DNA of 64,000 nt, taken from NCBI GenBank assembly GCA_030141605.1, contig JAQGDQ010000009.1:806001-870000 (forward strand). Reading direction: 5' to 3'. Made by a program: the position numbers and the translations under genes. The notes beneath the pieces are model-generated. The model ran no database searches and was not told where the DNA came from. It was given only the letters and a program-made list of their open reading frames with translations. The DNA is from Tubiluchus corallicola (lineage: Eukaryota; Animalia; Priapulida). Positions 24,683 through 37,206 of the stretch are shown in pieces; the first letter of the stretch is position 1; every line of letters begins with the position of its first letter.

Positions 24683-27600
24683 AACACAGAGAATGAAAGA
24701 GAGAAAGCAACAATGTGTAGTGAGAATGGGAGGAAGAAAGACTAAAAGAAGGAATGAAAGAGAGACAGAGTGTGTGTGTGTGTGTGAGAGAGAAAGAGAG
24801 AGAATGAAAAAGAGAAAGCGACAATGTCTGAGAGAGAGGAAGATGGAGAGAGTGTGAAAAGGAGAGAGATTTGTTTTCTCGACTTTATTGCATTGGTCTT
24901 TTTGTTTGTTGGTTTCTTGTGTAACAAGTAAAAGTTCCTACATTCTCATTAAATATATATATAATCATTTTTGCAATACAAGCCAATAATATGAAACTGT
25001 GATGTCTCTACAGTGCTTTGCCAGTACAAATAAGTGTCACATGACACGACATCGACTTAAACTATGCCATGGTGTGTCAAATGAGGAGACTAAATCAGTC
25101 ACGGTGTCACGTAAATTAATGCTTGTCAACTGATGTGTGACAATTATTAATTGTCCAGCAGTCAATGTGCTCGCATTAGTGTCAGCATGAAATCACACAG
25201 ACTGAAAGCACCATAGGGACAGCTATCACACTATGCACATGTTCTTTGCATTCAAGAAGGCTTATCCGGTTTTACAATCTGTCAATAAGCAACCTGCTTC
25301 TTACAGGTGTGAAATAAGCACAACTATGCTATCTACCTGTTACTAAAAATAAGTCAGTAGAATAGATTGCAACACTTTAGCAAGTGCTTCTTCCACTGAA
25401 TGTACATAATACATTATTGTCTGCATTTAATCAGCATGAAGCACTCAGGTACTGCCCAATCTAAGTGTCTGTGTAGCAAGCATAATCACATCACAAATAG
25501 ATTTCTCGGACACTGCATTTATGCAAATGGTGAAGTAATGGTTTCTAAATTGCTTATGCGTGCAGAGATAAATCAGCTAAATGCAGTAACATACAAGAAA
25601 TTTTGAAGATCACTTGATATAATTAAGCGCAAAACAACTTTGAATTCAATAAAGGCCAGTTTAGAGTAAATGCGAAGCAGCATTCTGGTTGTATGTGGCG
25701 AGATCTTTCATACAGCTATCAAATGCAGTAGTAGTACACACAAGTGCTTTGAAACTTATAACAACTTTAGTATGCATAGTCTTTTGGTGTGTGGATATGA
25801 AATTAGGTCTACGAACTTTCTGTGGTACCTATTTCAAACTGTCTGTTTGATTTATTGAAAATTTGCACTGAACAAAAAATAAACTAGTGTTGACACACAT
25901 GCTGTGGGGAACTAACGCTTACAGTAAACTATGTTAAAGAAGTGATTGATGGTAATCTAAATATTGTAATTGAGTGCAAAAATATAACAAAACGTTTTGT
26001 CAAATGAAAGGCAAATTCAATCTCCAACAGTTTCCACACGACATGGCATGCCATAAAAATGACTTAGTTGGTGGGTGAATTCCTGGAAATGTTGTAATGC
26101 AAGCTGATCTTTTGCAAATTACCTGCACATTGCATATAATTCCACCTACTTAATCAGCAGGTGTCAATTGATACCTGTGGTGCAATCATGCCCGTAAAAA
26201 ATAGTACAGGTGAAGTTCAGCTATTGATTACAGGTATTACGAACATTACTATTTCAGCTCAAGAGGCAACACACTAACCTCGAGTAATTTGTATTCCCTG
26301 GAATCCTGGAATGCTGGAAACATCTCCGCGTATTTTTTCAAAGCATGCTACAGAGAATAAACGAATAGGTAAATTAATGCTACAGGTCTTGTACTGCTCA
26401 ATTACAACATACTACTCTGCATTCACTGATAAAGACAAAGTACTAGACACCACCGTTGCATGGCTTCTGTCTAAGACAAGCAAAGATCAAAGTGACAAAT
26501 TTTAAGTATGTTACTTTGTGTAAACACAAGAAGCTTAAAAATTATTGAACCTTTTAACTCGTATAAATAACCAAACAGCATACATTTTGGTCTGTATAAG
26601 ATCAATATCTTTGGGGCAAGAGCAATTGCTAATGGTGTTTTCAAACTAGCGAGTTTTCATGCCAAGTTAATGTGCCAAGTAACTCGCAGTGTGTGTTCAA
26701 GTTAATGTAGAAGAATTTGCAATTTCCTGCTAACAGTAACTAGCAAAGCAGTTCACACATGTGAGTTTGCTGTTAGAGAGAAAACTTGCTAGTCTGAATG
26801 CGCCGTGAGTGATCCCAGTATATACATTAGTTAAGCAGTGCCAAGCTGGGTTATCAAATAGATGAGTGACTGTCATGATAACAACTTGTGGTCTACGTTT
26901 ATTTCTTTAGTTGAGTAAAGTACACTCAATTTGAATATGACAAACTTAAACTGAAACACCTTTGTTACTTCAATACAAAGAATTATTCTTTATAATGCAT
27001 TTCTCGCTGCAAAAGCAGTGAACATTGAGCATTTAAGCTTTGCCATTAAGAGCTGGATCCCAACATGCACTGCACCAAGTTACATTTAATTTCATAAACA
27101 TTTTATTTATGTAATATCTCTGTATGACATTATTTTTTGTTAATTGTTATTTTACCTTTTTAAATTTTGTTTGCAAACTGCGCATGAGCAAGAGAATGTT
27201 TTCTGACGTGACATGATAAATGTAATATGGCCGTTAAGAGTCACTTAAGAAGCTGGTTGTGTACTGTACATGATAAGTAAGAATCAACTACTTATGTGTG
27301 TAATATATGTTTGTTAAGTACGATTTGTATTGCATTGTAATACAAGCTTTAATGTCATATAAAAAGTATCCAGTCAATCAATCACCTTAATGATGCAGTT
27401 TTTCTGCATTAGCCATGCCATCAAGTATTGCATCTTACCACACATTTTGCACTGTAGCACGCACAAGGTGTGGTCAATAAACTAACTTATACTACAACTA
27501 GTAATGTGTGAAATTACAGTTTCAATTTAAAATATTAGGCATTTGATTCTCTGAAAGTTTTAAAAGGCAAAAAGCCAAAGGTTTGTAAAAGCTTTATACT

Positions 27601-30600
27601 AAAATTCCCAGATGGCATACCTCATTTTAAGTAATGTGAATGCAAAGTCATTTCACGCTATTCAATTTTAATCAAACACTTTAAAATGACACAGTCATAT
27701 ACTTATAATCACCAAAGAGTATTATTTAATGAGTCATAAATGTAGAGCGCTGCTGATTAATCATCAAAAATAGCAGCAAGATAATCAGCAAGTGTAATAA
27801 AACTCGGTAAATCACACGGGAGAGAATAATTAAAATTTCAACAATTACACTTGATGCGGGGAAGTCATACAGAGCAAATTCCTGCGATTGGCAGGGAATC
27901 AATTTCAGTGTAAAACATATTTACGTAACAATGAAAATTAAGGTCCCGTATTGCCACGCAGTCTAACAAGAGAACAGCAACTAGCCATAGCCAGCAACTT
28001 ACTTACTGAATGAAAACATCAGAAAATAAAAAATAAACAAGCTGTCAACTATCACAACAATATTAAATAATTTCCCCGGAGACTTGCCCATTTCACGCAT
28101 TTACAGAGCTTCCACGCTAACGAGTTTTTAAATTAGCAAAGCTTAACATCCTAATAAACAAACTACATGGTGGAACGGCGCAAGCTCTGTTACTTATAGA
28201 GTGAGCTGTTAAATAGACTGTTCATGTAAGCACAGACCTCTGTGTCTCATATAAAATGTTTTTATGTAATTATTTATTCATACCAAGAAAATTCCCCAAA
28301 CAGGAACTGAATACACCTAATAGTTACAAGTGCATGAATTACATGGTGGACACCTACTAAAGAATGTATATTTTTACTACATATATGCAAAAATATAGAT
28401 TTGGAAATTGCAAACTAATTCATAATGCAGGAAAATAACAATGGTAATTAGCATTTCATGAAATGAATGATGTAATTACATGTACTTTGTGCTAATAGCA
28501 CGTAGAGTGACAGCGTAACTACTTGCAGAATAATGCACTTCGACGTGCAATACATTAACATCAAAGTGAAAGACTTGAAAATTTTAAAGCGCATTAACTC
28601 CATCAAATAGCCCAGAAGCGATTTATTGTTAACTTTCACGTCAATGCAACATTACATGTAAAAGTGAACAACTGAAAGCAATAAGGTCACCTTTTGGAGA
28701 TTTTCAAACAAGTGAAGCAGACAGATGTATACTTTTTTTGACATATTCCTGCACTTTTTAGTCATCAAAAGTGCTTATGACAGAGTTTATGCATTAACCA
28801 TGCCCAACAGGTTTCACGGCTTAACTGGATAATCCATATTGTGTGCCAGTAACAAAGATTTGCTTTAGCTTACATTTATTTCAACTATGGTTAGTTGGTA
28901 GACTTGGTACCAAGCAAATGACATTGTGTCACAAGAAACAGTATTCTTCTACTGGTGGATGAAATAACACACTAAAGATTAATTTCTATATATAACTACG
29001 TGTACAACTGTTACATCTTTTTGTTTATCATAACACCCGGGCTATTGAAAATGCAAAAGAATGTGCCTGCTGATGACAGTTTTCCCTTCCACAGAGACAA
29101 TATTTTTTTGGTGTTGATGTTATTCACAAACTGAGTAGGATCCCGCTTTCGCAGCAAAAAAAGTTTTACATTCACGATAATTATTACCTAAACTAATATT
29201 TTGCTTCGTTTGTAAAAAAATAAATAAAACCTTAAGTGCCACTCTCTGTCACATGTTTCATTTATTTACAGTCTTATGTTTGCTTTAAATGTTGCAGACA
29301 TCATAATAAACTTATCTCAGAAACAAGGCCCCATTTTTGAATCAACACTAATTGGAATAGTCTATCTGACCTTAACTTGAAGTATAAAACCGAAGTGAAT
29401 AGTTCCTTAACACAGAATTTCAATGTTCTCATTTAAAAACGGTTGAAAAGCAATTAAAATGGGTATCAAAATTTTTTATATTTTCTGAGTCATATCTTAA
29501 ACTGTCCTCTGTGCATTTAATTTGTGTTTTTATAGAACAAAAGATCTAAAGGGCATGAATTAAAAAAAAGAAAATTCTTTTGCAGCGAATCACAAATGAG
29601 TTGAGCTATATAAACAGTACTATTGAACAAAGACGAAATCAATAATTTAATTATCAGTGCAATCATTTATATGCAATGCAGGCTAATCAGTGCAATGAGG
29701 TATGCGAGCAAAGCACTTGGTAACAACTGTGCCTATTCATTCACTACAAGTAGCAGAACAAACATTAGCAAACATTCGTTACATTACACAGAGCGGAACG
29801 ATGTACACTGGACTCTTCAAGACAGAAAATTAATCAATGTACTTACTTGTGCATTAAGCACGTCAACACACATGTGACACAACATGGCTTTAAAGAAATA
29901 TTCTTTTGCACTATATTTGAGTAGCGTTGAGTCTATAGCACCTGCTCCGACCTATAAACAGCACAAAACCATAGCTGTACCAAATAAGATTAGATACATT
30001 GTTGTTACAATGGTGTGATACAGAAAAAAATATGCTCCAAGCCATGGCAGAACATCAGCTTTTTTAAGAAAACCAACAGGAATCCAGCTTATTTATGATA
30101 ATATCACGCTAATTAGCATTTAGTACCACTGAATTTGTCAGTAGTGACAACCTTTCAGCTAATTTCACAAGTAAATTAAAAAACAAGAAAATTTTCCAAT
30201 TTATTCTCTAACAATGATCAGTGAAAGGGATAAAACAATTCTTGCTCTGTTTGATTTTTCTGAAGGTTTTACAGATATTTTCATCACAGCCATTTGCCTT
30301 TCATGAAAACTTCCTTACTAGTGCCATCTGGTGAGCATTTTTGCAGACTTCCAATCAATTCTTTTTTAAAAGAGGCTTTAACATTTAAAGCACAGAACGA
30401 AGCACATTCACACTTTTTACAGAATTAGCATGCAAATTTCACACCAAAACAGAAATGCGAAAGCAAATAATCCATGACACATCCCTCAGTCAGGACCACA
30501 ACCACTACCATTATTATTATACCTGTGTCACACATATGAACCCTAGAGATAATGCAATAAACTGCTATGCAGGGCCAGCGCTGCAAGTCTCTATGTACAA

Positions 30601-33600
30601 CAACTCAAATCACTTACAGTGAAAAAAGCTACAAAAACAACCCTCTTCATACAAATCAACATTTTGTGATATTAAGAAACTTTTTTATGGCAAAGTCTAA
30701 AGTTAGGACAGCGGCTGACCATACCATATACGTTACACAGCTTCTGCCAACACACCTACCATTATAGTGGGCACAGTTAACATTTCACTGGTATAAGAAT
30801 TTAATTTACGTAGTTATGCAGCATCCATAGGTAATGATGTTTAGAAAGAAGGTTTACTATGAATAATCCTAGAAACGTAAAAAATAATGCATTGTCTTGT
30901 ATACTTAATTTTGTTTGACCAAGTCAAATGCATTATCTTTCTTGATCTTTCGGATGTGCAAAAGCCACTTCTTTATTTCTGCACAGGTTAAACTGTACGT
31001 TAAATAAAAACTACCTCCTACAAAATATAAAAGGAAACATACTATTTTTTTAAGAATGGTTTACATGCAAGGACTATTACCACACAAACGCAATTTCGCG
31101 TTGACACGTCAAGTACTCGCTATTTCATACATTTTGCCATTTGCTAGTGTCTGCATCTCAGAAATGCATTGCACAAAAAACAGGGGATAGACCTCTCAGT
31201 TGAGAAGCGCTCGGTTGTGACGTAGTGTGCATGTTCAACAGCTCATGCGTGAGCACAGCAGTAAACTTGAAATCTGAATTTTAAACCTAAAATTTGCCGA
31301 GTTTTTGTGCATAACACTCAATGTTGTACAGTAGCACTGCACTTCAATTTTTGCTTTTGCAAACACGTACAGCATGCTCACGGAATGTTTTCTGGTGTAG
31401 AAAATTATGGTCAGTTGTGATGTCATCACTAGTTGGACTCACCAGCCATTAAATGAGTTTTTAACCCGCTATTCAATTATCAGAAATGCCTTGGCATTAT
31501 TGTGGGTGCTACAATGTTAACTTTTTAAAGTGCTTCAAAATGGGATAGGAAATGAAAAATCATCTTGGTTTCCTTTAAAGCATGAAGTAATACAGCTGCA
31601 TCACTAACATTAGAAGAAATGTGTAAAACATATACCTTCTCATAAATCTCTATAGCCTCTTCATATCGTTCTAATTGCGCATCATATTGTGCAATCTTCA
31701 ATAAGCACTTATTAGCTGCACTGAAACACAGAAAAGATGACAATGCAAATTAAGGCCGTTATTTATGAGATTACAAGTTCAACATATCCCATCGATTGAC
31801 AGTAAATTGTAACAGATTTCTTATTTTAGTGATTAAAATTGATTTACACTTTTTAAAATTTATTTAAAAAATTTATAGGATTTAACAAGAAAACAAAGTT
31901 AAAAACTTTTTAATGTCTAACCTTTTTGATTCCTCGCCTTGGTAATAATCAGCGGCTTTCTGATAGTGCTGAATTGCCTACGAGAAAAAGTCAAAGTTGC
32001 GTAGCTATTAGGGGAGAGCATTCTCTACCACAAAAGTGAATTCAAATCACATCGAATTTACGACTTTCGAACTCGGATCAAACCAAATTTCAACATTTTC
32101 GAATCTGAATCTAATTCGTATTCAGTTTTAAAGATTTCTGAATAAATTATCGAATCTTTAATAAAAAGAATATTGCTTGATTTTGTTCTGCAGTAAAAGC
32201 ACTAAAAAGTTGTTTAAAATTGTGTGCAGATCCCACAGCTAAACTGTGCTGTTTGCATGATGTTTCAAATGTTTTAATGATAAGGACGTATGTGGTTGAA
32301 GTGCTGAATTATTTGAACCTATAATTTTAGGTACATGCAAATCAAATTCTAATGTTCGATGCTCACCACTAATAGTTATTGGTATTGGCAGTTCAGATAT
32401 AAACATAGACAGCAAAACTATTAATGTTTAAGTGATACTCTGAGGAAGCTGACTACAAAATACACCTGCTGATCCAGCCATGCTATACAAAGAACATAAC
32501 GAATAAATTGATATATTTTAAATAGTAAGTGTTAGTACTTTTTACTGTGAAACTTTTTAATTTTTGCCCGAGTTGCACATCTTGGTTTTTTTAGGATATT
32601 CATACCTTTTCCAGATCTACAGCTTCTGTTTCAAAGATTTCGGCCATTGTAATATGGTGCTTTGCAGCTATTGTAAATCGACCCTAAAAATATAAAAATT
32701 ATGCTTTATAGCTAAAGCAATAAGATTAACATACAGCATAATAAGAATCAACCACAAATTGATATCTCAATACCGTTATAATGAAGCAGTACTGTGAGGA
32801 ATCCATAAAGCAATTAAAATTTAAGAGAACAAATCCTTCAGAATTTATCCTGAACAAATTTACAGTTTTTATACAAATATGTGTCACTTTTACACCGAAT
32901 CCTTCTTAAACTTTGCATATTTCTCTAAAAGGTTTAGAAAGTCTGAGGTACAATCAGTTTTATTACTTTATCAATGATGTAATGCTAAAAATAGTTGTGG
33001 ACTCACCATGTCTGTAAATATCTCGACAGCACGTTGAAAACACCTAATAGCTTCTGCAACCAAGAAAAAGAAAAATTATTGCAACACACTAAATATGAAT
33101 TAATTTTGCTATCAGAAACCTAATTTAGCATGTTGGAAAATTGATTTCTATTATTTATAAAAATTAGTGCAACTGAAAAAAAGCCACTAGCAGATACAAA
33201 CTGTCAAAGTTCGTCAACAATGTTAAATATACATAGAGACAAAATTCATACTAAAAAACTTAGTGACACATCAAGATATATCTTTCATTGAAAAACTATA
33301 TACTATAATTACTAAAAATCCCACAATTAAAACAAAACACACATTCATTCTGCCATTCAGAGCATATGTTGGCAGTATTGGAAAAAATTGTCATTACACT
33401 TTTCTAAAGAGACCTACATTAATTTTAAGCACGTTTTTAAATGCATTAATGCACAGTGCAAGCAGGTATACTCTATACTCAAACATTGATGGTTTGACAT
33501 AACCGGTACAGTAAAGTTGGGACACTATGGTCACATCAGCGAATGACCGTATTTGGATATAATATGCATGTGTAACTTGTCTTGAAAAATACAGCTAGAT

Positions 33601-36233
33601 TTTACAGTAGAGCAAAGCTTCCTGGCAGTTGCCACCCTATTCACTAGCCAAATGCAGTGCTATATTACCTAAAAGTCAGGAAAACATCTCGACCACTTAA
33701 CTGATTCCTATGTTCATCAAAATACTGTATAGCTGTGTGCACACAAATCAATTTTAAGTAACAAAAAAGTTAACTTTAAGATTGAGAAGCATGCAAATGT
33801 GTACACATAAGATAATTTGCATATTAAGTACCTTGAGGATCACCTTTCCGGAAACACGTTGCTGCATCACAGTAATTTTGTGCAGCTTCATGTTTGCTTT
33901 GACTCTTAAGTCGAAGTTCGGCTGAATCACAAAATGCTTTTCCTGCAGCTGAAAAAAATTATATTAACATAGTTAATGCAATGCAAAATTTTCCATTATG
34001 AACCCCATTTGCATAAATGCTCTTCAAATTTCGAAGAAGCAGTTATCTTTTCTATATTCTCTGTATTAAAGCATATTTTAGCTCAACTAAATAATACAGA
34101 TCATAATTATGTAGTCACAGTATTAAATAAATAATAGAAACTAGCAGTTTATTACCATTCCAGTTTTTAGCCATTTTAAAGGTGTTAGCAGCTCTCACGT
34201 ACAATTCAGCAGCTTCCTCAACTTTCCCGCTAGCGCTTCTGAAATGATTATAAAAATTAGCACATATTATTTTACTGACTATGGCCGTATATGTCATAAC
34301 TAATAGACAATTACAGTTTACTTTAAACAACAATTGACTTAGTAGTAAACGAGTTGAAGAAAGAAAGGAGATGCTGAAAAACTATGAGGTAGTTCGGACT
34401 TTAACCCAATTAAAACTGCTTTATCATTTAAGCTACATACCCAGCATGACAAAGCAGGTTTTCAATTCTCAGTAAGTAATGCTGACTTTATTCAGGTTTT
34501 TACTAGTGATAAACATCTACATATGTACAGCAAAAAATAACAAAAGATGAAACGCAGCTAGTGTAAGGAAATGCCGACTAATTTGTAGTTGCAATTCCAT
34601 ACATAGTGACACTGTGATATTAGACAAGAGACTTATTTTAGATACCAAGCTTATGACTGCAACGTTTAAAAGGCACACCTCCCAAATCCTAGGAAAAAGC
34701 AAATGTTTCAAAACATTTAAACAACATGCGGATTGCTTAAAAGACCTGGACATTTTATATCGCAAATACAAAATCAGGTTATGATCACTATGGCAGTGAA
34801 TCGTTTTTCGAGAAAATTTAAGTTGATGTAGTTAAAACAAATTGAAAACACCAAATCACACTACACATTTGCTAAATTTCGTTAATGATCACAGTCATTT
34901 TCAATGCTAATTAGAGCTCTTCTTTTATTAAAGAAATTGCTTGGATGTGGTGGCACTCTAAACTGGCTTGCAGAAGAAAGGTTTCATTTATTCAGTAAAA
35001 TCAAATGTAGTAAGTCCTCGATTAGCGATGCTAATCTGTTCTGACAAAAGACGATGTTAACTAAAACATTGTTAAACATCGCCAAGCCTACCACACAAAC
35101 AACGTAAAAGAATTGAGATACATTCCAGAGTCAAACATCAATGCTGCTCGATTCAAACAAATGAAACAATTTAGGACATTTATTCATATTTCTACTGATT
35201 TATTTTTTCTGCTTGTTTGAAACCACTTATCTTTCTATCTACTACCTAGCTAGCAGATTCTGTTTTGTTAACAACGAAGCCCTATGCAGTTAGTAGTTAA
35301 ACACTGCATAGTAAAATCTAAACTCATTTGCTATGATATAACAAGACGTTGCAGGCAAAAGTCCCGAGGCACCTTGAGGCAAATAAATCGCAAACAAATC
35401 TCCTTTATGCAAACAGATTTAGCATTTAGCAGTCAGTCAGAAACAAAAACATAAATAATAACTGTACTGTTTTAAATTACTACATTTTTAAAACAGAATA
35501 ATGTAATATACTGTTTTACTGCTTCAAATTAGGTAAAAAGTTACTGATAAAAAATGGCTAGGAGTAGTAAAAATATCCTCGTTAAAATGAAACATGCGTC
35601 GTTAAGTGAGAAAAAGGTGTCAAATGTTCAGCATTTGTTAAAATAAAACGTTATTAAGCAAGGACTTACTGTATTTTATTTAGCACGAACAAAGCAAAAG
35701 TGCATTGTGAGACTGTAAATATGAATTAAAATTGTCTTACAGTGAATTTAAAGGTCTGACAAGGTCGAATGGTCCAATTCGATAACCAGTCAGTCCAGCT
35801 GACGAAAATGGGTAACCAATTCACAGTGACCAGAAAGGATCGAGCAAAGAAAGTGAAAGCTAAAGATTAATAAGGTAAAGTAAGCCTAATCCTAATAACT
35901 TGTAACTCTCACAATCAACCAAAATTTTGGTTAAACGAACTAAACCAGCGATCGAATCTTTTCACGGCCATGAATGAACGATCTCCGATCTCAACTGCTT
36001 TTTATTTTTTTAGTCAAACAGATCAGAACCGTCTCCACTTTACGGAACAGCGATGGCTTTGCACTGCTGATAAAATTTAATGGTTTTAATAATAATTATC
36101 TAATGTAAAGCAAGAAATTTGGAAAACAGGCATACCCAAAAAAGCCGCCAAATAACCCTGACGTTCCTTTGGCTTTTTTCTGGGCCTCGGCCAGAAGTTG
36201 CATAGCTTTTTGCTCATGTGCACTATCTCCCAT
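24354..36233 (-). CDS. NAPA: Alpha-soluble NSF attachment protein (alpha-SNAP), 295 aa, 10 exons
   Basis: Exons 36136-36233, 34156-34238, 33832-33948, 33007-33053, 32606-32683, 31922-31977, 31636-31720, 29847-29951, 26279-26347, 24354-24503 (888 nt, all GT-AG, phases consistent). Translation [20 protein letters not shown]...[11 protein letters not shown]...[12 protein letters not shown]...ANKCLLK...[13 protein letters not shown]...FPAFQDSRE...[18 protein letters not shown]...DLR*. Confidence 0.97.
24588..24860. repeat. ~127-bp imperfect tandem duplication containing (GA)n/(GT)n microsatellites
   Basis: tagtgagaatgggagga.gaagactaaaagaaggaatgaaagagagacagag at ~24590 and ~24718; NAPA intron 9. 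Confidence 0.85.
26633..26805. mobile_element. Short copy of the PIF/Harbinger-like MITE
   Basis: ggtgttttcaaactagcgag ... cttgctagtctgaatgcgcc; internal match to 12470-12545. Confidence 0.55.
31028..31578 (-). mobile_element. Non-autonomous Kolobok-like element (copy 4), NAPA intron 7
   Basis: Reverse complement of 9283-9830 over its length; ends TTTCCTTTAA. Confidence 0.75.
32009..32371 (-). mobile_element. hAT-family MITE, copy 2 (NAPA intron 5)
   Basis: TAGGGGAGAGCATT...ATGCTCACCACTA; TSD gtagctat/atagttat (6/8). Confidence 0.8.
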
Positions 36234-37206
36234 GGCTTTTTCTTGCGCAACCAATTAAAGAAAATTTCTAAAAACTCCCATACACTTTCCACACTTTTCG
36301 TGTACGTTCACTTGTTTTTGTTTTCACAAACTGCATTGTGGGCAACTACTTGTACATTACGGAGCGCAAAAATAGTCACATACGATTTTTAAGTTACTGA
36401 GAGAATATAATACCCTCTACACTTTAATACTCACTGACGATGTAATCTCATCAAAATATTTGTTTAGCCGTGAAGCTGGTGTTATGTTCGTTTTCACTCT
36501 CATAATACAAAACTCTATCATTTATTCATTCGAAAATCCATCGTCAGGCAAGCAATGCACATTCTTAGATTTTCACGAAAATTCGTACTATGGACAACTG
36601 TAAACAAAAACCAGAGCACGGTAGCAATTCACAGGCTTTGGCGTAACTGTCATTTTATTATTACTATCATTTTGGGAACAGTAAGCAAAGACCACGTAAA
36701 ATGTCTGCACATTGTTTTAACGTCACTTCAGGAGCAGAAACCACTATTGATCAGAAGTTATGTATCCGTGTTTGTCATTTCAACGCTGTGGTTCAAATGG
36801 TTTTTTCAATATTGTTCTGATATGGTATATGGTTTAATATAGTAAACGATATTCTAAACAACATACCCAGGTAGCTGGGCAGAAAAAAAATAAGCGATAA
36901 ACCCAATGCTTCATATTCTGGACTAGTCGTAGAATGCAGGTTAGTCATCATGTACAACAAGCTCGCTGCTAATGGGCTTGAGTAACAGATCACAAAAAAG
37001 AAATAAACTATTTTCTTTTTTACTCAACCAGCAGTTTCACTGAAGGTTACTCTATTCGTATATGTGTATCATTCTTGCTAAACATGCAACAAAAACCGTT
37101 CACTACTTAATAAATTGCACTAAGAATTAAAATAAGCCAAAAGTCAAAATCTGTTTGCTATTTACTGCTATTTCTTATTTTTATTTAAATGATAAAAACT
37201 ATACAT

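Noticed and set aside
24457-24927. ERER/SLSL-rich ORFs
   Set aside because: Translations of (GA)n microsatellites in NAPA intron 9.
25207-25223. REST/RE1-like site AGCACC-ATAG-GGACAGC
   Set aside because: Half-site spacing is 4 rather than 2 and flanks are poor; REST is not established in protostomes.
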